Positions 39,236-52,539 of a stretch of DNA of 64,000 bases are shown one piece after another. Position 1 is the stretch's first letter; every line of letters begins with the position of its first letter. This DNA comes from Ginglymostoma cirratum. Its lineage: Eukaryota. Below the pieces are notes generated by a model, which was given only the letters and a program-made list of their open reading frames with translations, was not told where the DNA came from and searched no databases. The translations under genes were made by a program, and so were the position numbers. The stretch lies in NCBI GenBank assembly GCA_024137785.1, contig JAHRHZ010000032.1, positions 13,750,400 to 13,814,399 on the forward strand. Reading direction: 5' to 3'.

Positions 39236-40179
39236 TTCAAGATGTCACTATTTATTTCACCAAGTTCTCTAGTTTCCGTATTCTTCTCACATTCCATCTC
39301 CCAATTATTGATGATGTAAGCTCACACGGCTGCAAGAGAGTCTGGAGACAGACCTCAAAAAGACACCTTGAGCTTGTGTAGATCCATGAATGTGTAAGTA
39401 GTTAAAATATATGCAGGCTACAGCAAAATCATTTGAGAGGCAATCAGACCACTATCACGCCAAGCAAAAGCCAAAACACTTCACTTGTCTAATAATTACC
39501 TCCAGGATAACATTGCTAAAATGGAAAGTCTGAACCTTGGTCTGGTGTCACATCTTGTTTGACCTTTTCATATTGATTATCCACAAGCTGACAGTGCATT
39601 AATACAGCTTTCTTTTAACTGCACATTTAAAAATGGAAGTTTCCATGGAGCACAAACATAATTCAAACTCTACTTGGCCTCCTGTGGTGCTCAGATGCCA
39701 CTGCCTGTATAGCCATGAATCCAACAGAGGATCTATTCTGAACTAAAGTATAATTAATTTTACATCCTGTCCCCCTCATTCGAACCTAGCAAGGACAGGT
39801 CCAAAATCCCAATTTGCAAGTCCTAAAATGAAAAATCTAATTTCTAACCCAAAAAAAGTTGGAACTTGATGAACAAAAAAAGAGAGTTGTTCCACAGCAC
39901 TAATGTGGTGGTCAATGACAACAGCAAAAAGGATAATTCTGGATCTGCAAAAAATGGCTGCTGAGAGTTTTGTCATCATAGTCAGAAATTGGGTCAGAAA
40001 TAAGGTCAGGAATCTTGCTATGTTCGACAAACTCAGTCCAAGTCCATTCATTTTAATAGGCACCCTAAGGAGATTGAAGAATGCAGTGAATTCACCAATT
40101 GACTGATGCTTGGGAAATATCATAAGCAGTCCTTCTTACTGCTCATGTTATGGGTGGGAGGAGGGGCAGTATTTGATGT

Positions 40180-40640
40180 GGTATGGTAGCATAGCAGTTT
40201 CATTATTAGAGTAGTAATTCAGAGGGTAAAATTAATGATAGGGAGACATGAGTTCAGCAGGGTAGTTAATAGCCAGCTAATGAAATAAATCTGGAATAAA
40301 AGCTAGGATCTGTAATGGTAAACATGAAACTACCAGACTGTCATAAAATACCTTGTTTCAGAGATAGTAGGAACTGCAGATGCTGGAGAACTTGAGATAA
40401 CAAGGTGTAGAGCTGGATGAACACAGCAGGTCAAGCAACATCATAGGATCAGGAAAGCTGATATTTCGGGCCTAGATCCTTCTTCAGAAATGGCATCTGG
40501 TTCACTTAAGTCCTTTGCCCTGTACTCAGCAGTCTGGTCAGAATGGAATCCCTTATATCTCTCAGATGGCTGCCTGCAGTGTGTACATGAGCTTCATGGC
40601 AGAGATCACATGTCCATGACAGTTAAGGAAGGACATTTGT
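40180..40640 (+). mobile_element. SINE (family of 10715-11047) interrupted by a minus-strand Penelope tail (~40360-40492)
   Basis: SINE body ctggaataaaagctag...gtaatggtaaacatgaaac. The insert gagatagtaggaactgcag...gatatttcgggcctagatccttcttcag carries a hammerhead motif. Confidence 0.6.
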
Positions 40641-41599
40641 ACATGATTGTATTTCGATCCAAACATGCCCTTTTAGGCAAACCCCCCAAAAATTTGCATT
40701 TATAATCATATAAATTTTAAGTTACCCGAGGTGCCCAATATACACGCAACTGTTGTCATGCAGTGGCAGTTTGATGTACTCATCAGTCTCTGCATATGCA
40801 TTGAATATGTAGGGGTAGACTTTTCACTCACTAGACAGTCATTATTCCAGTGTAGCTAGGAGTAAGGCATGGGGATCCTCAGTCTTCATAATTTGTCTAT
40901 GACTGGAACCCTCTGAAAACTTCCATTCAAATCGGAGCCTTTGGATGATTCCAATGGACTCAAAAACGATCATGGTCTTGAAATGTTAGACTATTAAATA
41001 CATGGTCTAACTCCTAAGTAACTATTTAACAGATATCATACTCACTGCAAACGCACAGCCACGTGCCATTCGCCAGACCACTTACACCTCTCAGATCCTG
41101 ATCCAACATCCCAGTACCAAATTCTCCTGTACCCACCACCTCAGGGACCTGGCACCCTTGATCCTAGAATCTGCCAGCAGCCCATCACCAGACCCAAACT
41201 CTACAAGACCCGACACCCGCGAGGTTTCTCCAGCCCACCTCGCCTTCCCTAAATACATAACTGGCCACCTTGCCATTTTGCACCCTACCCAGTTGGCCCC
41301 CTACACCCACTCTAGCTGGCACTCTACCCATCTCCAGCTGGCACTCTACTTACCCATCACAACAACCTAACACATAACTTAAATTAACCTGTTCAAAGAT
41401 GTCATGACACACCTCCAAAGGAGGTGGAACTTGAGCCCAGGTCACTTGCTCAGAACTATGGACACTTTATGCATTTACCTTATATACTTACCCTTAAAGG
41501 GCAGCTGTCAAAGTGTCTGTCAGGAATTTTAAATGTCAGAATACGTCCGTTGTAAAAGAAAGGGAAGAATCGCTTGTCTTTCTGTGAGAGTTCTACACT

Positions 41600-42760
41600 A
41601 AGAAAGAATTGTCAGGACTGAGTACCTCTTTGCACTTCTTTGGGTGACCTGAACATAATCTCCTCTCAGAAATGCAAAAAACTTATCACTTCCTTCTCTC
41701 ATGCAAAAGAAATGCCAGAGTGGGAATGTGCATGAGATTACCACTCCCTGGAAATTTGATTCATGGTCTTCAAAGTTTGTTGATCTTTTAATAGTATGTA
41801 CAAATGCCATTTGCTCCTCATCTGGGTGCTGTTCCTTCCCAAGTGAGTGTCATTCTCATGTCATTGGCTGTTGTGTGGTATCCGCTGCTGTTGTTCCATT
41901 TCCACTGTTAGTTGTTGTGTATCCTCTGGATCTGCTAGATAATCTATGTGCTCTGCACATGGTTAATTCATCTCTTTCTGATCAGTCACCTGTAAGGAAG
42001 GAACAGCTTCTCCAGTTTGGTTATAAGCCTGCAATTGGAATGGTACCTCTGGTCATTCATTTCAATCACATACTATCAAGATGGCAATTGCTTTATACAA
42101 GTCCCAAATTGGTATGTCAGCCGAGATCATTTGTTGAGATCATTCAAGGTTTGTGCCCCATCCTCTCTGTCATGTTCAATTCTGGCAATGGTTTGGCAGT
42201 CTTATCAAAATGAAATTTATGAAGGGGTTGAATTCTTCACTTGTGAACAGAGGGCTCATCACAATGTCAGGAATTCCATAATGGCTGTGTTGTACTTTTG
42301 GTATTTGATAATCTCAGTGGTTGTCGTTGATATCAGCTGATCCATCTCCCAATAGTAGGCATAGCAGTCTATGATGACAAGATAATCAGTTCTGGCAAAT
42401 GCAAAGAAATCTGTTCCCAGCGATAACCATGGTCAGCCTGGGATGTCATGTGTCATTCAGTGGCTCTCTGACTTGCTTAGGTTGGCATTCGTTACGAGCA
42501 CTGCACTGGCTGATGTGGTCTTGATTTTCTTGCTCACGTTTGGCCAGCAGAGGACATCTCTTGCCTCAATTGACTCAATTGCTTGGTGGCTTACATGGAT
42601 CCACTTTAGCATCTCTCATCTCAAATTCTTAAGGATGTTGATTTTATTTCATGTCTCCAACATACAATCTCAGGCTAAGGTGGAAATCTGTTTCTCCCTT
42701 CCATTTAAATTCTTTTGACCTTCCATACTTAACGTTTCTTGTGGAGCCTCATTTAATTGT
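41600..42760 (-). mobile_element. Gypsy integrase remnant (possible gag remnant at ~43090-43750)
   Basis: IHVSHQAIE...ARDVLCWP and PWLSLGTDFFAFARTDYLVIIDCYAYYWEMD. Confidence 0.75.
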
Positions 42761-42995
42761 GTTAACAGTAGTAACTAGGCTTCTACAAATATAAACAAAA
42801 GATTTATCAGGAACCATGCTGCTCAATGGTGCATGCAGTGCTTCAGAAGATAAGGTTTTATTCTCAGAACTAATGAAAACTAAGCTTCAAATAGAACTGG
42901 AGAAGGAGATGAGGATCGTCCAAAACTGTGAATAGTTCTGATATTACTCTGGAGCTTATGAAAATGTAAAATGGTATGTGTGAGTGCGCACGCGT

Positions 42996-42996
<1 letters not shown>

Positions 42997-43044
<48 letters not shown>
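42997..43044 (+). repeat. (CA)24 microsatellite
   Basis: Perfect CA run. Confidence 0.98.
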
Positions 43045-43047
<3 letters not shown>

Positions 43048-46000
43048 CGTCATGCCATCATAAGCGGACCATTGATGCAATGCCACCAAACCACTTAATC
43101 TGGTGTATTGGAGAAAGTTGTTTCAAATTTTAGTGCTGGAGTCAGGAGTGCTGCTGGAACTGATGACTGTTCACTTCAATAATGATCTCCATTCAAGCCT
43201 CTTGGTCAGGGAGGGGCATTCTGTTCAGAAGACTATCTCCCACCATTCCCTGACAGTCCATAGGAGAACCTATCTGCAGACGTCACTGAACCCTGGGGCT
43301 GGTTGTTTTGTCATTATGTGTTGCGCAATTGGAGTGGGCATGATCTAGGCCCTGAAACAGATGCTTTTATATACGAGGAGGGAGCGATGGGGTCTTAAGT
43401 CAATGCGGCAGGCGGACTCTGCGGCAGGCAGACTGCAAGTCCAAAAAGAATGCACCATTAGCTTTGACGGGATATTGCTCACCCCCAGAAGGTTCCCAAT
43501 TCTCCTTGCCTGCACAGCTGGCATGCTTGATGAGGCAATTCTTCTATAGCCTGTTCAGACTTTCAAAGAAGCCAGCTGATGGTGGCTTCAGGCACTTCTT
43601 ACATGTCCCTATTGTATTACTGAATGTTCACCACAAAACCACCACCTGCCCTTTAAATGAACATGTGACTGAATGTGCGCCAGCATATACCATAAGCAGA
43701 AGCTGTAACAACTTTTGGGTCCACCACTAGGAATATCGTTCCTAGAATCAAATTCTGCTCACAGTGTTGGTAGCTAATGGGACTTCCACGCAGAACAGAA
43801 GGTCAGAACATCATGACAAATCAATGATATATAAATATAAGATGGTAATCAGCAAAGAAAATAGCAATTCCCTTCCAACCACCTGCAATAAAGAATAGTG
43901 TCAGTACTGAGGAAGTGACAGCTATTGGCTCCAGCCAGTTCACTGCTCCATTTAGTCTAGTCTTCATCCATCCTGTGCACACCAGCTGTACCACTCATTG
44001 CATTTATGGTGAGGGCTGATGACCATCTTGTGGTCTCTCTTGGTCTCCCACTTGCATAACCTGATCACCGTCACTAATTGGATAGCCATTCCAGAAGATG
44101 CCTCACAGTTGTGTGCCACCTATGAAATAACCTCAGGAAGTGCACTGCTGCTACAATTGGAGTCAGCACATGGAAACATGCCCAACTGACCAAAATGTTT
44201 GAAGTCGGGAAGCTTCCAGTCAATCACATTGCGAAATGTGTCGTGCTAATGTAAATTGAAATTTCTAAATCTTTGAAATTCTATTATAACAAAAGACTAT
44301 TCTCCTTTTAAAAGCCAAGAATTTAAATTGTCTAAATTATAGTTGTTGAACATTAGACCCCCAAGTAATTTTCTTCCAACTGTTAATGAGAAACACATTC
44401 CCAGACTACTTATGTGGTTCTATTGATGTTTGTGTGAGGAGACCAAACTTCCTGCAGTAAAGAAGGGTTTCTATTGGCACAATGCATATTCCAGTTTGTC
44501 AGTCATGTAACACTCAAAATGCCTGAAGAATCCAAGTAATTCAGAGCTTAAAATGGCATTAGTATAAATATGTATTCCAATATATATTATTAATATCATT
44601 ATTTATTATGGTAATACATTAACAAAATAATTCAGGAATTAAGTTGAATTTTAATTGTGTAGCCAGTAGAAAATAGGAATGACTTACAATAGGTTAACTT
44701 TGCACGACTGAAATTAACAAGAGCTTAAATCAATTTTGATCCAGGATTTTTCTGATTTTCACTGCATTTCCGAATCAAAATCTATGATTTCCGACTGCAA
44801 AGATGGACATAAATCAAAAGGAATACAAGCAACTTTAAGCTATGATTGCCTGATTTAATTCCGATGCTGCAACCTCATATGACCGTAATGAATATTTCAT
44901 GGTTGTGTAAGCTTAACTGCAGATGTGTGCATGCTGTGGCTGTAATAGAAACGAAATTGAGTTAGAAAACAGACCACAAACAGAAGCAACAAAGAGACAT
45001 GGTAGTATAATACTTTTATTATTACTACAGTTGTTCCTTTGTTATCTGCTGGTTGCTTACTGTGTTGGAATATTGGTGGAAAAAGTGGCTGGCGTGTTGC
45101 TGCAAAGGGCTAAACATTTCATTTCCTACCCCTGGCCAGCTGCTTAACCTAGTTTTCATTGTAAATTTTGTATTTGGTTAAAGCACAAATCTTAGAAAAA
45201 TGGGACAGAAATGATAGGTTTCTGCAATCTTTGAGTGTTGTGCACTCTTTAATTCAAGAGCTCTTACTCCAAAATGGTTGCTCTGGTGGCTCATTGCCTA
45301 ATTTGATGTTCTAGGCAAACATCAGCACTTGCAGTGAGTACTCATTGGGAAATAACAGGCCTGCATTACCTAATTTACTGCCCATTAATTTAAATAATCA
45401 GAAAATCACGCACCATAGCTCTACTTCAAGTGTCCGATTATGCAATCAGTTCTGAAATCCTTCACTCAAAAAGGATATCACGGAAAGCCCAGAAACAAAG
45501 AAAAAACACAGGGCAAACGATATGAATTTCATTTTCTGGGCTTTCCAAGAGTGCTTTGATAATTATGATAGACGAGCAAGGGAACCCTCAATATAATTCA
45601 TCCCAATAAGAATGATCCAATGATCATGTTTTCTTTAGGCTCACCTGAAGCCAATCTCAGAAAGCTCCTAAAGCAATTTCCTGTTTGGTTTCCTAATAAT
45701 ACCCATATCTACTTGTTATATTTAATCCACAGTTGGTTAACTTGCATTGTCTGCTTTGCTTTGTTTCTGAGAGCAGCATGTATTTATGTAGAAAGTCAAC
45801 AAGTCTGACAGAGAAACAGAATTAACTTTTGAGTCCAATATTATTCTTCTTTGAAGTTCTGAAGAAGAGATAGACTGGACCCAAAAGGTTAACTCTTTTT
45901 CTCTACACAGAAGCTGCTAGATCCACTGAGTTTGTCCAGTGCTTACTGTCTTTATTTCAGATATTCAGCATCCACGTGACTTTGCTTTTATTTATGTATT

Positions 46001-47719
46001 TACATAATCCTTTTATAATAGAACAAATTACCTTCATAAGAGTGTAATCAGATTAAATTGAAACCAAACGAAAGAAGGAAACGTAAGGATAATGATAAAA
46101 AGCTTAGCCAAAAAGATTTTAAAAACTATTGTAAAGGAGGACTCAGATGTGGAGAGGCAGAGAGGTTTCATTAGGAATTCCAGAATGCTTTGGGGGACTA
46201 GCAGCACGATTGTCATTGGTGTCGTGAGGGGTGTTTTATTTTGCACAAAAAGACCAGTTTTTTCAGAGGCTTAGAAGGCTGAAGTAGATTACAAAAAATG
46301 AATAGGCCAGGTGCACAAGTCTAAATGTCTGGATTGACATTACAGGGAATTTTTTGAACACCATTCTTGCTCTAAGGCTTCGAAAACTAAATTGCCCTCT
46401 GCTCCTATGCAAATCACAACAGCTGCTGGGGGAATTCTTAGCAACAGAGATGTGACAGAACGAATGATAGAAATGTCGGAGAAATGACTCATACTATAGC
46501 TAATAGTGCAATAGACCTGCAGCAGTTGCATCTTATAATTGATGCATATGTAGATACTGGATGATCTTTCACCTGTGAAGCATAAAGAGACCACAATTGC
46601 TTGACCATATTGAGGATCGATCAGGAATCTGGATATGCATTCTGTCTGTTGAATGGCTATTTTATTCATCAATTTATCTTAATAAATAGATGTTTGTATA
46701 TGCATGTGATTTCTTGGTATATACTCTCAACATGTCCAACATCTGGAACAATACCTTGACATGGAACATGTGGATATGAATTATGCCCCTTCTTGTACAC
46801 ACTGCCACTAAATAATCTATAGAAACCAGCCTCCTCAACCCTTTATACACACAACTAGGCATCAGCAACATCATCATGCCTAACCTCAGACCAACTCATT
46901 CACCATTCCAGGCGGTTGATGTTCTGCTTTAAATCTAATGGATAACTATGGGTTGCATATGTCTGCAAGATTGCCTTGCACACAGGGTCAGTTACAAATC
47001 TCATGCATCTGTACAGAATTCTTTGATGCTGGCATGAACACGGCAATCCTAAGGCCTACTTGCATAGCATTCACTTGAGGGCCATTTGCCTCTGTTTGGG
47101 TCACGTTGCTTTCTTAATACAAATTCACTGACTTACCAGCTACTGGCCTCTCTATGGGTCGCATTGGTTGTCTTAACACACAAGGTCTTGAGTGCTCAGT
47201 TATAGGCTGCCAGCCTCCGTGGTATAGATTGCTTTTTAGTAGAAAGGTGGACAGCTTGTGATTGTGGGTAGCACTGAACAGTCAAGCTGTCAGTCAGATA
47301 GAGGATGGATATGTTGCTGTATGGCACCAGCCTATATAAATGTCAGAGTTGCAGCATGTGCCAGCAGCTTATGTAGCAAACACATGGCATGTGCTTCAAG
47401 CAAATACTAATGTGTCAAAATCAAAGAGGAAGTGTCCTCAGTGGGGTGAAGACAGACTATAATCCATCAGCGTTACAGCCATAAACAAGTCAAGGGACTC
47501 ATTCTCTTCCTGTGCAGGATTGACCATGATCAGGTGATTACATGTTGGTCAGTCAGGGGGCAGTTGAGACATCAGACTGGGGATGAGCCAGTCTTACTCA
47601 CAATAAGACAAAGGGAGGGATTGATCATGATGGAAATGGATCAAAAGCAGTTAATTGTAATGCATGAGCAGAAGATGTGATGAGCTGAGTGAGTAGGAAG
47701 TACAGAGGGAAGGATAGGT

Positions 47720-48056
47720 TCATAGAATCATAGATCATAGAATCCCTACAGTCTGGAAACAGGCCCTTCGGCCCAACAAGTCCACACTGAACCTCAGAGC
47801 ATCCCACCCAGACCCATCCCTCTATAACCCATCTAATCTACACAGCCCTGAACACTATGGGCATTTTAGCATGGACAATCCACCTAACCTGCACATCTCT
47901 GGACTGTGGGAGGAAACTGGAGCACCCGGAGGAAACCCACGCAGACACAGGGAGAAAGTGCAAACTCCACACAGACAGTTGCCCGAGGCTGGAATCGAAC
48001 ACTGTTCCCTGGCACGGTGAGGCAGCAGTGCTAACCACTGTGCTACAGAGCTGCCC
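47720..48056 (-). mobile_element. HE1-type tRNA-derived SINE
   Basis: Reverse complement of the family at 27918; A and B boxes; (catagaat)-type tail repeats. Confidence 0.92.
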
Positions 48057-48059
48057 CAA

Positions 48060-48500
48060 TAGTTAATAGTTTTAATAGTTAATAGGGTTAATAGTTTGGG
48101 AGGAGGAGGTGAGTGAGAGCTGTTGATTGGACATGAAACATGTTATAGTGAGAGAGGTAGTCCATGAGCCTTGATAACAGGCGAGTTGAAGGGAGTGGTG
48201 GCCCTGTGAGTGTGAGGTAGCAGAGGGAAAATAATGGAACTTACCCTTGTGGAGCACAGAAGATCATTGACCTGCTTGCAGCATTGCTGGGTGTTCTTCT
48301 GACTTGGGACACAGCATTGATGTGGCTGCTATTTCTGTCTCAGCTGGATGGGTCTGGTGGCCTGGCTTTCTTTGGCGGTAAGCTAGAGAAAGGACTGCCC
48401 TCCTGTCCATCGCTGCATCCACCCTGTTTGTCTAGATCTGTGTCCTGGAACTAGTGAGCTTGCTTACTTTTCCTCTGAGACATTCTTATGGTTGAGAACC
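48060..48500 (-). mobile_element. PIF/Harbinger Myb/SANT exon remnant
   Basis: QQCCKQVNDLLCSTR|gtaagt at ~48246-48290, same intron position as the copy at 22281. Confidence 0.55.
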
Positions 48501-49244
48501 ACAGAAGTTCACAGCCTCTGACTGGCAGTGTCTGAAGTGATGTTCAGCTGGAATTTAAACATGGTGTTCGAGATGTGTAAGCTGGAAGGTCTCCAGCCTC
48601 ATTTATCAGGCAATTGCCGAAGAAACACACTTAGATACTCCAATACATAACCAATAACCTAAGAGAAAAGGAAGATCACAGGAGAATATTTGCCAGAGCA
48701 GACGGGACATCGTAAAACTCACCTCACTATCACTCTTTAAATGTGAATGGGAAAATGTGTTGTATGATTCTTCAGCTAAGGTTTTCGCCTCTCTTGAGGT
48801 TGGCTTTAAATGTTCCTGTCCCCAGTCCTTCCCACAATTATGGGTGGATTAAGTGCATTCTTCATCCTTTATTGACGATCAGCCTCTGGATGGCAGAGAA
48901 TTCTGCTGCAGCTTCATTGGCTATATCATCAGGAATCTGAGGGCATTTATCTCAGCAGGGCCGAGCTATCAAAAGAGGTAGAAGCAGAAATATTATAGGG
49001 GTTAAGGTAAAAGAGTCTATTATAATCTCTCTCTTTGAACTACAAAATGTCAGTGTAATGGAGGGTTTTTTTTTAAGAGCTATCCTTTGGTCCAATGGTG
49101 ATCCTGCTCATATTGAGGATAACATTGTTATAGGATTTATAAATATAAATGATAAATGTTAATTCGCTTCTCTTATTCATTGATAAGTGGAGTACAGTGT
49201 TACCCATCTCACATTTTCACTGGTCATTCTTTCTCCCCTCCCAG

Positions 49245-50400
49245 AAATGATTCTGAAGAAACATGCTGAAGAAGTAAAAGTCTCCCAGTTGTGTCAGATG
49301 TAATTCTTCATTGCCAATCTCATCCATTAGGTAAGGCTTACTGACACCTGGATTACACTGCCCATGAATGGTTCACATCCAGTCCTTTTTGAAGGAAAGA
49401 ACTGTATGCAGTGTGAGAAAGGGGGCTCTGGTGGTGCAGTGGCTATGTCTCTAGCTCTGGAACAGGAGCCTCAGGTTCAAGTGTCATCTGCTCCAGAGAT
49501 ATGCAATAAGATCTAGCAACAGGTTGATTAGAAAATATCTACAGAATGAGGGACAGGCTTGTCTCTGGAAGGGGAAGAACTCCCTCTGGATTCTCATTTT
49601 ATTGTTGGTGGATAGAGAAAATGCGGTAATGTAGCAGCCATAGGTTTATCAGTAAAGTCTTTATCTCATCTCATATTACCATCAGCTCCTGCCAATCAAC
49701 TGAAAGGTCTCTGTTTAAATATCTGTCAGATTTAAATGTTTTGTCTCATTTAAAAAGTAGTTCTGTCATTTACCATTTACGTCGTATGTATCAATTTTTA
49801 CATTATTTATTTTCTTCCAGACCAACTTCAGGTACTCCAGGAGAAGTAACGACCATTAGATCAAATCTCGTATGCACCCTTTCCCTACAAAATCAGGCCC
49901 TGTTTTACTGTATTACTGCTTTTAGTTTGCTTTATCAAACAACAGTACAATGGCATTTACCTAAAAGGAACTAGCGTTCGCAAGAAGAGCTCTCACGGTA
50001 GGGCACAGAGCGTAGGTAGTGAAGATGATGACAATACTGAGTTTTAAAACAGTCTGGAGGAAACAGAGATGCTTGGTCTTGGCTGGGGAGCTGCAGAACT
50101 ATGCTCTCAGTGATCCTACATTTAAAATATAGGTTTATATCAGCCTATGTTGATGCTGTAAATATATATTCAGGTGTGGGTATCAGCTGGTGGCACAGAT
50201 AGAGAAGTCACAGTTGATGATAATTGATATTCAGACAAAACTGCAGTTAAGCGTGACGCAAATGTCAGCTTCCATACAAACGTCAGCAAGAGCACAGAGC
50301 CAAAGAATCTATGGGCAGTTGTTGCTTCAGGCTTTGCAGCCATAAATTGCTGCTACTGGTGCTTTGGATGATTGTGTTGATTTTTATTACTACTGTATGG
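49245..50400 (+). pseudogene. Possible decayed exons of a membrane-protein gene (49245-49330, 49821-49869, 50235-50400)
   Basis: Good splice signals; PTSGTPGEVTTIRSNL; ...ANVSFHTNVSKSTEPKNLWAVVASGFAAI then frameshifted LLLLVLWMIVLIFITTVW. The frames do not join cleanly. Confidence 0.3.
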
Positions 50401-50752
50401 GTAAATTGTTTGTTTTGGAGTATGTTAGTTTGCAACTTGTTAGTTTCTTCTTTCTGATTCTATGGGCAGAAACTTTAGCACCCATATTGGAAAAGGTACA
50501 TGGGTGTTCCTCACCTCTTCAATCGCACTCAGCCCTACCAGCTCTATTTGCAAACTTGGAAAAACAGGTCCATTCAACTTAGTCGCTTGTCACTCGAGAA
50601 TACACGTTGAACTGCAAGATTAGCCCAGTTTTAGTGATTTTTTTTCTGTTCAGAGATGTTATTGCACACCTCTGGACATTTTATTTACCACCACCAAATC
50701 ACCTATGTTAAGGGTTAGTGATACTTAAAGAACCAGACAACAATTTGCAAGT

Positions 50753-50919
50753 AAAAACTGAAAGAATTGCGGATGCTGTAAATCAGGAACAAAAACAGAA
50801 GTGGCTGGAAAAGCTCAGCAGGCCTGGCAGCATCTGTGAAGGAAAATTAGAGTCAACGTTTCGGGTCTGGTCACTCTTCCTTAGTTCTGAGTAACTTTTC
50901 CAGCAACTTCTGTTTTGGT
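50753..50919 (-). mobile_element. Penelope-tail insertion with short fold-back
   Basis: 14-bp duplication aacaatttgca(a/g)gt at 50739-50752 and 50920-50933; hammerhead-like ...cccGAAACGTT on the minus strand. Confidence 0.7.
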
Positions 50920-51229
50920 AACAATTTGCAGGTGGTGGTGCGTTTGACTTCTTCTACTTAGGCGGTATTTATGGAAATAACATGTGAATTTAAAAGGATT
51001 TTTTTAGTGACCTGGCGCTTAAAATTGAGGAGGGCACAGGAATTGCTTCCTGAGATATAGAAGATCTGGTTGCTTTGCCTTTTGGTCTGCTATGAGACCA
51101 TTAGCTGGAAGAGAGGCTGCACAAAGGTGGAAACTCTGCAAAAACAAGGAGGAAGAGGCAGGCTGTATGCAGAATGTCCCACCCACCAAAACATTTTCGG
51201 GCAGGCATCCTTTGCCTACATCTGACCAA

Positions 51230-51730
51230 GAAGGTGATTCTAAGTTGACTCAAGTTCAGCAGGGTAGTGGTCACTGAACATCTGCAACCCATACTGCAAT
51301 CTCATACCACAGTGGTCTTGTCAGTTCCTGAAGGTTATCACTGACTTAGAATTTTATGCTTCTGGGTCCTTCTAGAGGATCGAGGGAAAAATCTCCAACA
51401 TATTTCAGTACACCATCCAACAGACCATTCAGGCGGTCAAGGAGACCATGTTCTCCAGAAAAGGTCAATACATGATCTCTCCCTGAAAAAAGCAGAGCAT
51501 ATTAAAACCTCAAGGGATATGGGGGTAGTGCAGAAAACTAGTGTTGAGATGGAATACTGGTCATGATCTCACTGAAGGCTGAAGTAGGCTCAAAGGACTG
51601 AATGGCTTAGTACTGCTACTATGTTTTGAATTCTTATGCGCAGTAGTCTGAGATTTGATTGCTAGGATAATGGGAATCCTGACGATGCAAGGCACCATCA
51701 AATGCATGTACTTGGCATTTTGCTCCCCTC
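51230..51730 (+). mobile_element. Harbinger (HARBI1-like) transposase remnant
   Basis: LKVITDLEFYASGSF*...ISNIFQYTIQQTIQAVKETMF and MQGTIKCMYLA (compare FYASGSFQ and QGAIDCTHV); split by a CR1 tail at ~51500-51635. Confidence 0.65.
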
Positions 51731-51959
51731 CCCTAGACACCCACTCTCCCACCCCATCATTGAAATTGCAGAGGGAAAACCACAGAAACATATGAGGAAA
51801 ACATCAAACAGGCAATCAGACTACTAAAACAACTTTTCCACTGTCTTGAACAATGAAGGGATGGGACTGAGGAGGTTCACGAGATGGTCAGTACTGCACT
51901 ATGCACTGGACCAGGTTTTAATACTTGTGGTGGTATGTTGCATATGCTGCAACCAACAA

Positions 51960-52047
51960 AAATGACAAGAAGGGGGAGAAAAAACAATTTTGGGGTAAAT
52001 TAGCAAGTCATATCAAGGTGGACAGTAAGAGCTTCTTTAAATATATA
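51960..52047 (+). mobile_element. CR1 LINE, left flank of the ERV insertion
   Basis: DSKSFFKYI rejoins in frame with KRKR at 59007 once the TATA duplication is removed. Confidence 0.8.
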
Positions 52048-52494
52048 TGTCGAAGAGACTAAATTCATTACACACCAGATGTCCAGACTTTGAAGCAAAG
52101 ACATTTCACTCGTGATATCACACAGAGAGTCAACACTGACAAAAGCTTGGGTTCTGAAGACTCCGACAAGCATAAAAAAGAAGCAGAATTTATACAGCGG
52201 TACAAATAAGTTAAACAAACTGCAATTGTACTGTGTTCTAGCAAGGCAAGGTCGTTACTTAGGCAACCAAACATACATTAATTAAAGCAGAATGTGGTGA
52301 AGATAAGAATGTACAGATGCTGCAAGCTCTAGCTTTTTGCTGTCTGTCCTACGTGACTTCTCAGACTAGAAAAAGCAGAGTGCAGTTATGGCAATTTGCA
52401 TTGTTTCATAAAGCTAAAGTTTCTCTACTTCGTGCTCCTAATCACGTACTATTTTAACTCATTACTACTCAACCTAAATTAAACAGTCTCAACA
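52048..52494 (-). repeat. ERV 3' LTR (447 bp; may extend to 52509)
   Basis: Direct repeat of 58348-59002 once the insertion in that copy is removed. Confidence 0.93.
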
Positions 52495-52510
52495 TACAAT
52501 TATTCCACAA

Positions 52511-52523
52511 TTCCCTCTTTTTT
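52511..52523 (-). promoter_or_regulatory. Polypurine tract
   Basis: Minus strand AAAAAAGAGGGAA just after the env stop codon. Confidence 0.8.
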
Positions 52524-52539
52524 GATCACTAGATCAACC

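Noticed and set aside
39776-40123. 115-aa minus-strand ORF
   Set aside because: No recognisable motif or splice structure; consistent with chance.
41040-41530. C-rich ctggcaccc-type repeats (inverse copy at ~11280-11660) as coding sequence
   Set aside because: Dispersed low-complexity repeat family, probably transposon-derived; the ORFs have no motifs.
44923-45147. ORF MCACCGC... with a hydrophobic stretch
   Set aside because: Weak splice support and no partner exons; the hydrophobic run is explained by T-rich composition.
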